The position numbers and the translations under genes were made by a program. A stretch of DNA of 64,000 nt. It comes from Octopus vulgaris. Lineage: Eukaryota. The notes under the pieces were generated by a model. The model had not been told where the DNA came from, searched no databases, and saw nothing but the letters and a program-made list of their open reading frames with translations. How positions within the stretch are numbered: the first letter of the stretch is position 1; the number at the start of each line of letters is the position of its first letter. This document shows positions 1-12,718 of the stretch, one piece after another. Where the stretch lies: contig OX597828.1 of NCBI GenBank assembly GCA_951406725.2, forward strand, positions 72,106,001 through 72,170,000, written 5' to 3'.

Positions 1-2038
1 GTGACCTTTAAATAAATAATAAAAAGCACCCACTACACTCTTGGCGTGGTTGGCGTTAGGAAGGGCATCAAGCTGTGGAAACACTGCCAGATCAGACTGG
101 AGCCTGGTTCGCCAGACCTCAGTCAAATCGTCCAACCCATGCCAGTATGGAAGGCGGACGTTAAATGATGATGATGATGATGATATATATACACACATAC
201 ATACAATGGTCTTTCCCTTTTTGTTACTGAATCTACATACAAAGCTTGGGGTTATAGTAGAAAACTTGACCAAGGTACCACACAACGAGGCTGAACTTAA
301 AGCCCCATGGTTGGGAGGTAAACGTGTCAACCACTGAGCCACGTATATCTAGGACTACATTTATTGAAAACTGTTGTTGCACTTACCATCAGCAAAGCAT
401 TTGCTTGTCTGGTACTGCCTACCTATTGGCACCTTCCATACCTTGTCTGTCATTTGCTTGCTTCTATACACCAAGCCATCTACTGACCACCACCTCCAAC
501 AACACCTATACAGATGATTCCACCCTTCCTTCCTTCCTAACATTTCCACAATCTGCATGCTATTCACATGTAGCATGGGGGGAGGGCCATCCCAACTGCA
601 TTATAGGACCCCCCAGGCAAAGCTATACACTAGGGTCTTTAGTAAATATTTACCGAGAGCAAGTCATGCCATTCACAGATTGAGATGGCACCCATAAGCC
701 TGTGGGTAGTCGGGGTAACAGGCTGGTGGGAAAGTTTCATAAAGGGTAAGTACCTGTTGGGGAAGAGGGGTTTGAAATATTTCCTGACCCTGGGGAAGAC
801 AATCAGTCTTTGTGATGTGCTTGTTGAGAATGTGGGATCACCAGGAGAGATCTTCAGTGTAGGTGGACCCTAACATGTGTAGAGACCTTTGAAGGTCCTA
901 ATTTTTTGTGCTGTTTATGTTTAACCATTTAGCATTCAACATTGGTCAGTCCACACTATTCTGTAAGGAGCACAGGGCCAGTTTCTTACAAATATTGTAG
1001 ACTGCATTCACAAAGAGGCTCACCTTTGTCTCACAAATGTGCTGTGTCCTCTCCCTCTCTGTTTTCTACCACTACTCAGTGGCTGTGGCTCATTACAACT
1101 TGCAAGTTTTCTACCCCTTCCACTCAGCACTGTACTCAGCCAAATATCCTCCACTCTCACTAAACAATTACCCAGTCCTTTCAACCCAAAATTCTGGAAT
1201 TCCTTCTTGACTGATATTTTCCCTTCAGCTACAAACTTGCAACTTGCAAGAATAACAACGTTGGTCTCACTTGTCCTTGAAGGCTTGCAAACATCTTCAC
1301 GGGTTTTGAAAACCTGTGAAGATCTTAGTGTCCTTGAAGACCCGTGCAAGTCTCAGTGGTCTTGAAGGCCTGTAGTGGTTGCACTGGTTTTCAAAGTCTT
1401 CTAAAGGTCATAGGTGCACCCCCTTTTTTCCAGACTAATAAAAAAAGAAAAAGAAAAGCAACCAGTTGGTTTTGACAGAAATGTTGAAGTAAAGGATGAA
1501 GCGTATTAGGGTGTGGAGTCTGAATCTTTGGGAATCTGAGATCAAATTCCATGCTACCAAATGTACCATTTCTATCCGTGTATGGTTAGTAAAACAAGCA
1601 CCATTAATATACTTGTTAGATTCAGTTCCTCACTACAGAGATTTTGTTTCGTTTTTGACAAGGAAAAGATTCTTTGCATTTTCTCTAAAGAACTCAACTG
1701 ATTTTGTCCAACTGATCCTTCTCTCCAGGAATATAAGCAAGCTAAATGAAGTGAATTTGTTGAAACCATTCCACAGTCTAAACCCAGCATGGACAAATAG
1801 TTTTGAGAAGTGGGCTGCATGAGACATCACTCATCATTGCGAGAGGGCATACTACTAAAATGCTGTGGTCATTTTTCGGTAGGCGCCATTCAGAAAGTCT
1901 GGGAGGCAGCAATTTGGCCATGGCTACTCTAGAATCGTTTGCTGTTTCCTTAAAAAACTGGACTTGTATCCAACTAAAAACCACAAAAACCTGACATCAA
2001 ATAATTCCAAAATACTTTTTTTTTAAAATTTCTGCCAG

Positions 2039-2188
2039 ATTCTTTGAATGCACATAGAATGTATGCAGACATTGCCAAGACTGATTATTCAGAATGCGGA
2101 CCAGCAAATGCTACCCTCAGTCTACCCAATAACTCACCACTCCAATTAACATATGACAGCCCCAGGTATATGGACAGCCGCGAACAGG
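2039..2188 (+). CDS. Internal coding exon A (150 nt, phase 1-1) of an unidentified plus-strand gene; upstream exons probably outside the window
   Basis: Acceptor tttttttttaaaatttctgccag|, donor CAGG|gtaagg. Open frame SLNAHRMYADIAKTDYSECGPANATLSLPNNSPLQLTYDSPRYMDSREQ. Phase joins exon B in frame (G+AC=Asp). Confidence 0.7.
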
Positions 2189-2429
2189 GTAAGGGTTTTT
2201 GTTTTTCATTTTTCTTTTCCCTTTTTGGATTTTGTTTTTCTTGGGTGGCAATCTGCTCCTTGGAATAAATTGTATTCTATTTTTTATAGAAGCATTTCTG
2301 AAGCAAATGCTTTCTCTAGCACCAAAACATATTTTTGACCTCCAGGAGAAATTGGTCGAATTGTTTACTTGGTTCAGATTAATTACAATTAAAATAGAAT
2401 TATTAGATAAACAGTATAAGTATGTGCAT

Positions 2430-2462
<33 letters not shown>

Positions 2463-2834
2463 AGGTGAGACCAAGATATGCACAGAATAGAAAACACATA
2501 CAAGTGCTCAAATGAATTTGAACTTGACACCATTGCACACAAACGTTCCATGTGAATAGTTCAGTAATATTTATGGTTTTAAGCCCTGGAGTGGTGCATC
2601 CTCAGACTTGCATCAAAATGTGTGCTCTTAAATTGTGCATCTGCCAAGCATTGCATTTTGCATATATGTTGATGTAAGCCTAATGAAGTGTCACTCTAGT
2701 TTATAAAACTGCAAGAATTATGTAACTTTTTACACTGAACTCCTATGTATGTTGGAGTTGAAGAAAAAGAGTTGGTGCAGAAACAATTGTAACTGGTCAT
2801 TAAAGATCTGCTAAACTCTGTCTTTTTATTTGGC

Positions 2835-2873
<39 letters not shown>

Positions 2874-3002
2874 GTCACTTGCTATGCAAGTACATCTCTG
2901 TAATATATATATATAAATACTTCTAATATAGGATAAAATTTTTTCAAAAAATTTCATCAATTCGCCAGCATGTTAAAATACCTTTTAAGGTGAATATTAT
3001 AG

Positions 3003-3460
3003 ACAATTATAAATAAGGGCAAAAGAAAAAATTTCTAAGCCAATATGCTGAGAAAAAGACTTTAAAGTGTCAATCACCACATACAATATACTTCACTATA
3101 AATACGCATCGTGTTGACTCAAGGAAAGCAAGCCAACAGAATTTTTTTTAAAATTCATTATCTCTGTATCAAATGATTTCGGAATTAATCCAACGGATTT
3201 TTCTGCTCATCCGCAGAGAATATGGTAAGAAATAAATGAAATACTTACAAGCACCCATGGAAAAAAGCAGAAACAAAAGTCATGAGTACGCATGAGTACT
3301 CCAAATATATCTAAATATAAATTCTGTAGCAAGCTTTCCTCAATTCAGCACGACGTGTATTTATAGTGATGTATATTGTATGTGGTGATTGACGCTTTAA
3401 AGTCTATTTCTCAGCATATTGGCTTAGAAATTTTTTCTTTTATCCTTATTTATAATTGTA
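3003..3460. repeat. ~125-bp imperfect inverted repeat pair (about 3003-3129 and 3332-3459) enclosing a hammerhead motif; Penelope-like pLTR architecture
   Basis: acaattataaataagg...ctaagccaatatgctgagaaa...tcaatcaccacatacaatatac is the reverse complement of gtatattgtatgtggtgattga...tttctcagcatattggcttag...ccttatttataattgt. Confidence 0.85.
3161..3219 (-). ncRNA. Type-I hammerhead ribozyme-like motif (U4G core variant)
   Basis: Minus strand TCTCTG-CGGATGA-[..AATCC gtt GGATT..]-GAAA-TCAttTGA-TA-CAGAGA. Stem I is a perfect 6 bp. Confidence 0.55.
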
Positions 3461-3522
<62 letters not shown>

Positions 3523-3799
3523 TACAATTATATACATTTTTATTATTTTTTTGCAATTTACTTAATCATTGGTATTTTATTGTTATTTTAATTTTAATAT
3601 TTCTATTATATGTAATTTTCTCGATGGTGTAATTTAATTGTTCATTTTGAATTGATAAAAGGTGGTTCTTTCTAATTTTTTATATATATATATTATATTG
3701 TGTGAAATTTGATTTAGTATTTCTAAATTGAATTTTTTCCCTGTAAGTTAGGATTAATATTCCCTCAAATAATTATATATATATATATATATTTATATA

Positions 3800-6360
3800 A
3801 AATTTAGATTGGTTTCTTCCATTATCGGCCCTGGCCATGACTAACTCAATAGCACTACCTGGAAAAGTCTTTTACTTAATTATTTCGGGACACCTTGGAC
3901 CACTCAAGCAGATAGTTGTCATTGGTTGAGATGTATCCAGGTGTGGGTGGTTTATCCGGTATTTCCTGGAGAAATTTGTCCAGGTACCACATGAAAGATG
4001 TGGGCTCTTTTTCTACTTTAATTTCTTTCAGAATAACTTTGAAAAGAGCAAGGGCATTTGCAGGGAAGAAACTCTGTTGCAATGTTCTTCTGTGATGTGA
4101 TCTCGACCTTTGTAGGGGACGCATTGCACGGGGGCCAAGTCTTGGGTGAATTGGAAACATAATACCAATATCATTTGGATAATATTGGTGGAATATTTTC
4201 CGCATGGTGCAAATAATGTATCACTCATGGTGCCATTGCAGAGAATGGAGTTTCAGCTGTTTAAGTTGAGCCCAATAATCAAGTTCCATTTATTTTTAGT
4301 GATTGATCTTTGTAGCGCTTCGATCCTCATTATGTTTTGTTTTTTGTAGGGGACCACAATAGGCAACAATATTTGAGGTGGGGCCTAGCGAATGTGGAGA
4401 AGAGAAGGATGATGGTTTCATGATCCCTAGATTGGGAAGTTCTGAGGATCCATGAGCACTCTCCAACTAAGGTTGCTGTCGACAGTAACACCTAACACTC
4501 TAATATTATCTGATGGTTCAAGTAGGTCTCCTGGCGGTAGTGTCTATGGTTGTTCGAGTGTGCCCTTTCTTCCAAAGGGGATGATCTCAAGCTTTTCTTC
4601 ATTCAACTGCATGTTGTTTTTTGTTTTTTGTGTGCCCACTGGGTTACTGCGCATAGGTTACTGCGCATAGGATTGAAGCATTGTTCTATCATATGCTCCC
4701 TTAATGACTTTCTGGAGCTTAGAGTCATCTGCAAATATTTTTAGGGTGCTATGTTCAAGGAATCTGCAATGTCCTTGATATAGACAATAAAAAGAAGTGG
4801 ACCCAGCACAGTACCCTGCAGGACTCTGCTGATGACTTTTTCTGGTTTTGAGTGGATGCCGTCAACCACAACCTGCTGGGTCCTGTTTGTTAGGAAATAC
4901 CCAATCCATTGAAATAGCTTTCCACTGACTCTGTCAAAGGCCTGGCTGAAATCAAGGAATATGACTTCCACGTTGGAGCTCTTATTTAGTACATTTAAGA
5001 TGTCATCAAAGTGGTGGAGGAGCTGTGTTAGTCGCTCCCACCACGAAAGCCATGATGGTTGCAATTTAGGAAATGATTTTATTCTAGGAAGGCTGTTATT
5101 CTTGATCTCAACACTCTCTCATATTTTGATACGTGAGGTGAGTGAGATTGGACGGTAGTTTACAGGGAGCAATTAATTTCCCTTTTTAAAGATAGGAACA
5201 ACTGGCTGGCAGAGAAGGTTTTGAGGTATAAAACCGGCACCCAGTGATTTCCGCCAGAGATTTGCAAGAAGAGCTGCAAGTTGCTGTCTGCATTCCTTCG
5301 GCACTCTGGCAGGGAACCTGTCTGGACCCACTGCTGAATCGGGTTTGATTTCTTTTATTGCTGCTAAGATGTCAGTAGCATTGAAGATTATGTCGGAAAG
5401 GACATGCTGAGGACTCACCGAAGCAAAGCTGCATGAGTCAACTGAATCAGGGTCATTGGAAGCAGACCAGTATTGACTTCGCAGAATCTGAGCGCCATGT
5501 CTTTGGCATCACTGTGAAGGATGCAGTTTCTGTCAACCAGTGGGCCGATACAGGAAACTGTGGTCCTATGTGTTTTTGCAAAGGAGTAAAAAATTTTAGG
5601 ATTATTCTTGACGCTTTTAATAGCTCAGGCTTCCTCTGCAGCTCTTTGGGTGTTTATAAGGGGTCTCATACGGTCCTGCAGTTGTTGCTTCCTTGATTCC
5701 AAGGTTGTTAATGTTCTCGATTAGGGGTGATGCTCATGGTGGGATTTTAGAGTATTGATTTTTCGGTTTATCCTTTTTATTCTCCTGATGAGTGCTTGTC
5801 ACTGTTTTGGAATCCTGCGTCTACTTTTATCTATGAGTCGTGAAGGCATGTGTTTTGAGCATATGTGGGTGACTGCGTCCTCAAATAGTTACCATGTGTT
5901 TGTGTTTGTTGTGGTATTGGAGGAAGCAGGGGTGAAGGACCAATCCACCTGTGATGTGTTTTGAGTGATCGCACCCCAGTTTGACTTGTGTAAATTCATC
6001 TTATCAAATGGGTGCGCTGGAGTTAGTGATTTATGCCAAATTTTTGGATACTGAAGATTGGCGTTCCAAAGTATTATGTCATGATGAGACAGGAGGGTTC
6101 TTTCCACTGTGATGTTATAGATAGTGTTAGCATGATGGCTTAGCACTAGATCCAAGACACTCTGGTTGTTTCTGGTTGGTTCATGGACGAGTTGTTACAG
6201 GAACAAATTATCCTTAAATTTGAAAAGTAATTCCACTGCTGCTTTGTCTGAGCTTGAGGTGAAGGTTCTTGGTCTAACAATATTAGTGGACACAATCCAC
6301 AGAGGGCAGGTTGAAGTTGCCCATCATCAGAATATTTCCTGGGTTACATTGCAGCAGGAA
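3800..6360 (-). mobile_element. Degenerate CR1/L2-group non-LTR retrotransposon (ORF2: end of APE endonuclease, RT, C-terminus)
   Basis: Frameshifted fragments LDLVLS..SHHDII (APE end), PDSAVGPDRFP..LWRKSL..VVPIFKKGN, IFLDFSQAFDRV, QGTVLGPLLFIVYI, IFADDSKL, and C-terminal LDKFLQEIPDKP. Confidence 0.85.
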
Positions 6361-6375
6361 AGATTTGTGTGTATG

Positions 6376-6430
<55 letters not shown>

Positions 6431-6439
6431 TTAAATTAC

Positions 6440-6686
6440 CTGTGTCAGTGACACATAAAAAGCACCAACCGATCGTGGCTGTTTGCCAGCCTTGCCTGGC
6501 TCCTGTGCTGGTGGCGCTTAAAAAGTACCCACTACACTCTTGCAGTGGTTGGCATTAGGAAGGGCATCCAGCTGTCGAAACACTGCCAAACCAGACTGGA
6601 GCCTGGCGCAGCCTCCTGGCTTCCCAGACCCCGGTCAAACCGTTCAACCCAAGCTAGCATGGAAAACGGACGTTAAACGATGATGA

Positions 6687-6690
<4 letters not shown>
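6440..6690 (+). mobile_element. (GAT)n-tailed non-autonomous retroposon (RTE-related SINE-like family)
   Basis: AAAAG(C/T)ACCCACTACACTC..TGGTTGGC.TTAGGAAGGGCATCCAGCTGT..AACCCA.GC.AGCATGG..GTTAAACGATGATGAT. Further copies at about 20-185(+), 7262-7430(+), 7852-7960(-), 9580-9960(-), 10900-11400(-), 34488-34700(-), 34730-35022(+), 46975-47220(+), 56680-56860(+), 56885-57010(-), 62400-62525(+), 63875-64000(-). Confidence 0.85.
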
Positions 6691-6726
<36 letters not shown>

Positions 6727-6925
6727 TTTTATTCTTTTATTTGTTTCACTCATTTGAATGTGGCATCGCCTTTAGTCAGAGAAATCGACCCAAGGACTTA
6801 TTCTTTGTAAGTCTAGTACTTATTCTATTGGCCTCTTTTGCTGAACCACTAAGTTACAGGGATGTAAACACACCAACATTGGTTGTCAAGCGATGGTGGG
6901 GAGACAAACACAGATGCACAAGCAT

Positions 6926-6967
<42 letters not shown>

Positions 6968-7672
6968 ACAATGGGCTTCTTTCAGTTTCTGTCTACCAAA
7001 TTCACTCAAGGCTTTGGTTGGCCTGAGGCTATAGTAGAAGACACTTGTCCAAGGTGCCACGCAGTTGGACTGAACCCAGAACCATCTGGTTGGTAAGCAA
7101 GCTTCTTACCACACAGCCACTCCTGCGCCTGTCTATAATATATTTTCAACATGCTATTGATGCTGTAGCTAATTTCGTAAATCATTTTCCCCAGTTTGTT
7201 GCCCGAATATTCTTTGCTTCTGAAAAACTGTTTGCTGCACAACTTTTGCATTTAGCATACTACTACTCTGCTGAGTGGTTGGTGTCAGGAAGGGCATCCA
7301 GCTGTAAAAACCCTGCCAAAACAGTCATAGAAGTCTGGTGCGGGCTTCTGTCTGGCCAGCTCCTGTCAGACCGTCCCACGCATGCCAGCATGGAAGGCAG
7401 ACGTTAAACGACGATGATGATAGTGATGGTGATGGTTCATATATGACCCACCAGCTCTTATACTTTCAAATCGCTGATCAAATGGACTGACCCTAACCCA
7501 AGTGTAAACTGTTTCTGGTTCAGTGATGAGATTTCAGCTCATTATGTGGCTTGAATTTTCTTCAGAAAAACTGTTCATTTGTTTCTTTAGAGAACCATTC
7601 ATGGATGGACGTCCCACCTGGATATTAAACATATGTTATTTTATACTCTTTTCTTTTTGTTTTGTTTTTCAG

Positions 7673-7804
7673 ACGATGTGTTTTTGACCCTGGAACATGC
7701 AAAAGAGCAGTTTTTATCGTTGCTACAAAAAATGGATATTGATGCTCTTGTTGCATTTGATAAATGGTTGAAAATGATGCGGATTAGTCGTAATCCACTT
7801 ACTG
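7673..7804 (+). CDS. Internal coding exon B (132 nt, phase 1-1)
   Basis: Strong acceptor ttttctttttgttttgtttttcag| and canonical donor ACTG|gtaagt. Open frame DVFLTLEHAKEQFLSLLQKMDIDALVAFDKWLKMMRISRNPLT, amphipathic-helix pattern. In frame with exons A and C. Confidence 0.85.
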
Positions 7805-8342
7805 GTAAGTAATCACTCACTTCTCTCATTCTGTTTTTTTCCCGTTTTTCTCATCGTCATCATCACCATCATCCTAATGTCTATCTTTCCGTATTTGCAT
7901 GGGTTGGATGGAATTTGTTGGGGCACACTTTCCATGGTTGATGCCCTTCCTGTTTCCAAGCAAGATAACGTTTTCCTGTGACCAGACATGTAAATGAGCA
8001 TCATTGTCATACAAGCGAGGTTGTGTGTTTTCAATCTTCCTTCATAAACATTTCTGGCCATGGGTTATATTACTTTGCTTCAAAACAAGTGAAGGTTGGT
8101 GACTGGAAAGGCACACAGTCGTAGAAAAATCTGCCTCAACAAATTCCATCCAATGTATGCGAGCATGGTAAAGTGGATGTTAAAAACGATGATGATGATG
8201 ATGTTGTTTTACAACCAGATGCCCTTCCTGTCACTAACCTGTAACTATTTTCTAAAGGAGTTTTCATTCCATTCATGTTTGAAAGTGCAGAGCTCCCAGT
8301 TGATTTGTGTACATGGAAGTGTCAGCAAATGGCATTATTGCT

Positions 8343-8377
<35 letters not shown>

Positions 8378-8899
8378 GCACAAACACATACGCATGCACG
8401 CACACACCTACACTCACCCACTCTCATAGCTACATGACAGGCTGTTTGGTAAATTTGGACAAGTGCCCCTTCAGTTGAGCTGGGGCTTTTGGCAAAGACA
8501 CCCAAGGTACTGCACAGTGGGACTGAACCTGAAACCTCACAGTTGTGAATTCGACTACTTAACCACACAGCCATGCCTATGTCTTTACAGGTTTAAAAAA
8601 TATTTAAAAAAAAAGGTATGATTACTAGGAAAATTAGACTGACATAAAATAGGGAGGTTTTAGAGGTTAAGCATGAAGGTGAAAGGTCAATGGATTGTCT
8701 CATGAGCAGCATTTTACTGTGACCTTGGTAGTGCAAAGAATTCTCAAAGACTCTGTCCTCTCCTTAGCTATAATTAGGTACCGTGTGTGAGGGTGGTTGG
8801 CCACAGAGTTGTGTGTTTAATTAGCATGCAGTCTTGAGTTCAAATTCCATTCAGGGTCCTCGTGCAAAATGTAGAAATTAAAACAAACAAAAATAATAT

Positions 8900-9420
8900 A
8901 TATATGACAAGTGCGCCAAACACTATGGGCCCCTTTGATTCCTATTTTACTCTCCTGAACCCTACATCCCATCTTTTAAAAAAAGCCCCATCATATTTTC
9001 ATAATTAAATGTTATTAAGAATTGTATTTAAAAAATTGGTAAAATATTTCGTGTGTTGTAGGAGTAAAACCGGTTTTACATAAATTTCAACAACAGAATC
9101 TTATGTGGATCCCTAAGGATCAATATGCCCCCACCCCAGAGTCATATATGAACCCCGGTTGGTAGCCACTGGTCAAACAGGAGCTGACTAGGGGCACGTA
9201 ACCCATGAAGGAAGGGAGATAATTAAGTAAAGCTGGAAATCATTTTTTTTCATATATATTTTAATGGTTTATCAAAGCTCATAGACAACTGCGACCCACA
9301 GGACTTCCTGAATAGGACGCAAAATGCAAATTTCTTTTGAATTTTTGTAGTAGTGCGGTCCTTTTGAGGATGAACCTCATCTCATGCGGCCAAATTCTCG
9401 AAAGAGGTTGCCCCTGCACA
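8900..9420. mobile_element. Degraded hAT-like non-autonomous DNA transposon remnants
   Basis: Ends resembling hAT/Charlie-type termini (ggttggtagccactg; gaggttgcccctg). No coding remnant. Confidence 0.3.
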
Positions 9421-10152
9421 GATTACTAGAAATATTTTGCATAGTTATCTGCCCCTCGTCATTGGTTGTCTGCCCCTGGCTATCATTTGTTAATCAAATT
9501 TCATTTATTCAAATGGCTTATCCTTCAGTAGACACCCTTTGACCCTTTTCGGAGCCTCTCTGGCTATTGTGGGACTGAGGGCTGGCAAACCAGATGGCTG
9601 CACCAGGCTCCAGTCTTGATCTGGCAGAGTTTCTACAGCTGGATGCCCTTCCTAACGCCAACCACACCGAGAGTGTAGTGGGTGCTTTTACGTGCCACCG
9701 ACACGGGGGCTAGTCAGGCTGTACTGGCAACGACCTTGCTTGAATCTTTTTACACATGCCAACGGCACAGGTGCCAGTAAGGCGATGCTAGTAACGATCA
9801 CGCTTGAATGGTGCCTCTTGCATGCCACTGGTATCGAAGCCAGTTGGCCACTCTGGCAACGATCATGCTCGGATGGTGCTCTTAGCACCCTACTAGCACG
9901 GTAAGGTGAAGTGCCAGTAAGGCGAAGCTGGTAACGATCACACTCGAACGGTGCCTTTTATGTATATACTTGAAATTGTTCATAAAATATTTAGTTTTGT
10001 ACTCTGTGATTTTTTCAACTGCAGAGGCCAACCAAATGAAACTCTGGCTATAATACAAGGATTCCTTACTGTTTCCATTCGGATATACAATATATGTGGA
10101 GTTCAAAATACGAGTCGATTAGCATGCAATTTGAATTTGAAGAATACCATAC

Positions 10153-10373
10153 AGGCGTGGCTATGTAGTGAGTGGCTTGCTTACCACCCACGAGGTTCTG
10201 AGTTCAGTCCTACTGCGTGGCACCTTGGGCAAATATCTTCTATTGTAGCCTCGGGCTGACCAAAGCCTTATGAGAAGATTTGGAAGTTGGAAACTGAAAG
10301 AATCTCATCATATATATACCTGTGTGACATCATCATCATCATCATTTAATATCCGTTTTCCATGCTGGCATAG

Positions 10374-10404
<31 letters not shown>

Positions 10405-10780
10405 CATCATCATCATTTAATGTCCATTGTTCATGCTGGCATGGGTTGGACAATTTGACCAAGGCTGGTAAGTTGGAAGGCTGCACCAGACTCCAGTCTG
10501 ATTTGGCATGGTTTTCCATGGTTGGATGCCCTTCCTAATGCCAACCACTCAGAGAGCGTGCTATGTCTTTATATCTGTTCATACTCCCCCACCACCACCA
10601 CCATTTGACAGCAACTGGTGTTGATGTGTTTACGTCCCTATAACTTAGCAGTTTGGCAAAACAACCAATAGAATAAATTCCAGGCTTAAAAAAAAAAAAG
10701 GTTGATTCATTCAACTAAAAAATTTTCAAGGCAGTGCTCCAGCATGGCCATAGTCTAATGATTGAAACAAGTAAAAAATT
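10153..10780 (+). mobile_element. CORE-like SINE split by inserted (GAT)-tailed retroposon copies
   Basis: Left half 10153-10315, inserted minus-strand (CAT)n-headed copies 10328-10560, right half 10585-10780. Confidence 0.75.
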
Positions 10781-10824
10781 AAAGACATCTATATATATAT
10801 ACGTACGTACACACACATGTGTAT

Positions 10825-10864
<40 letters not shown>

Positions 10865-11626
10865 ACATATTCATACATTCATGCATACATATATAACATT
10901 GTCATCATCATCATCATCATTTAACATCCGTTTTCCATGCTGAGTATGGGTTGGACGATGTGACTGAGGTCTGGAGAGCCAGTGGCTGCACCAGGCTCCA
11001 ATCTGATCTGGTAATGTTTCTACAGCTGGGATGCCCTTCCTAACCCCAACCACTTGAAGAGTGTAGTGGGTGCTTTTCACATACCACCGGCACAAGAGCC
11101 AGTCAGGTGGGCCTGGCATTGACCACGTTCAGATGGTGCTTTTTATGTGCCATTGACACAGGGAGCCAGTCAGGAGATTCTGGTATCGACCACATTCAGA
11201 TGATGCCTTTTACATGCCACCAGAACGGGGTGTCAGTCAGGGGGCACTGGCCACAGCTGTGATTTTGGTTTTACTTGACTCAACAGGTCTTCTCAAGCAT
11301 ATCATATCACCCGATGCATCAAGGGTACTCTTGAATGGGCTGGTCATGCAACACTGGCATCAGCCATGGCTGCGATCTCACTTTAATGGCTGGGTATTCT
11401 CAATCACAGCATATTTATACACACACACACTTACTCACACGCACACATATACCCACACATGCACACATATACATACAGTGGACAAATGAAAAAAAGGGCA
11501 CTCAGCACATTTTTGGGGAGTTACATTTATTTATTTTTCAGTTTGATTTGGTATTTTGCTGCTTCAAGTTTTGAAGCCCCTAACGGAGCTTATCTCCTCA
11601 AGCTGGAGACATGTGTGTGTGTGTGT

Positions 11627-12535
11627 AAACCCCTCTACATAGCTTTTGTGGACTTGGAGAAAGCCTTTGACAGGGTCCCCCGATCCCTTATCTGGTGGTT
11701 GATGCGGAAACTGGAGATTGACGAATGGCTAATAAGGGCTGTTCAGGCCCTATACAGAGAGACTCAGCAAGGTTAGGATTGGCAATGAGTATAGTGAAGA
11801 ATTCCGGGTAGAAGTAGGTGTCCACCAAGGTTTAGCCCTCAGTCCCCTTTAATTCATCATAGTCCTCCAGGCAATGACAGAGGAATTCAAAACAGGTTGC
11901 CCCTGGCAGCTCCTCTATGCTGATGACCTGGCTCTCATAGCAGAATCACTACTGGAACTAGAAAAGAAATTTCCGGTGTGGAAACAAGGGTTAGAATCAA
12001 AGGCCTTAGAGTAAATGTAGCAAAGACCAAAGTTATAATAAGCAGAAAGGCGAACTCATCACACACACCCTCGGGCAGGTGGCCCTGCTCGATCTGTAGG
12101 AAAGGTGTAGGTCGAAACTCCATAAGATGTACCCAGTGTAAGCTATGGACGCATAAGAAGTGCAGCAACATCAAAGGGAAATTAAGTGATAAGAAAGCTT
12201 TCATGTGCGGCAGATGCACAGGGACAATAGACACCACAGACACTCAGAAAACAGATTCCATCACACTCCAGGAAGAGAAACTAGAAGTAGTTGATAGTTT
12301 CCACTACCTGGGTGACCAAGTTAGTAGTGGGGGTGGATGCTCAGAGAGTGTCACCACTAGAATACGAATAGCCTGGGCAAAGTTTAGAAAGCTCCTACCC
12401 CTACTGGCGACAAAGGGTCTCTCACTCAGAGCGAAAGGTAGATTGTATGATGCATGTGTGCGAACTGCCATGCTTCACAGCAGTGAAACATGGGCTGTGA
12501 CTGCAGAGGACATGCGTAGACTTGAAAGAAATGAA
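11627..12535 (+). mobile_element. RTE-clade LINE fragment (RT core plus inserted PHD-like Cys/His finger), pseudogenised, intronic
   Basis: FVDLEKAFDRVPR, GVHQG..SPL, LLYADDL, GLRVNVAKTKV, WPCSICRKGV..CTQCKLWTHKKC..CGRC, FHYLGD, RIRIAWAKFR, SETW. Contains stops and frameshifts. Confidence 0.9.
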
Positions 12536-12718
12536 TTGCTATATTCCTTTGAAAGTGGAATGACATCTCGACATATTTTGCTAACATTGTGACAGATAGA
12601 CAGATACAATGGTTTCTTTTTTTTTTTCTTTTCTTAAATTCTTTATATTTAAAAAAGAAAATAATTTCTGAATTTCTCATCATTGTTTCTTTTTTTTTTT
12701 TTCTTTTTCCAAATGCAG

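Noticed and set aside
12589-12718. Hydrophobic N-terminus of the 380-aa ORF as a signal or transmembrane segment
   Set aside because: It is the intronic polypyrimidine tract; coding starts at the acceptor at 12719.
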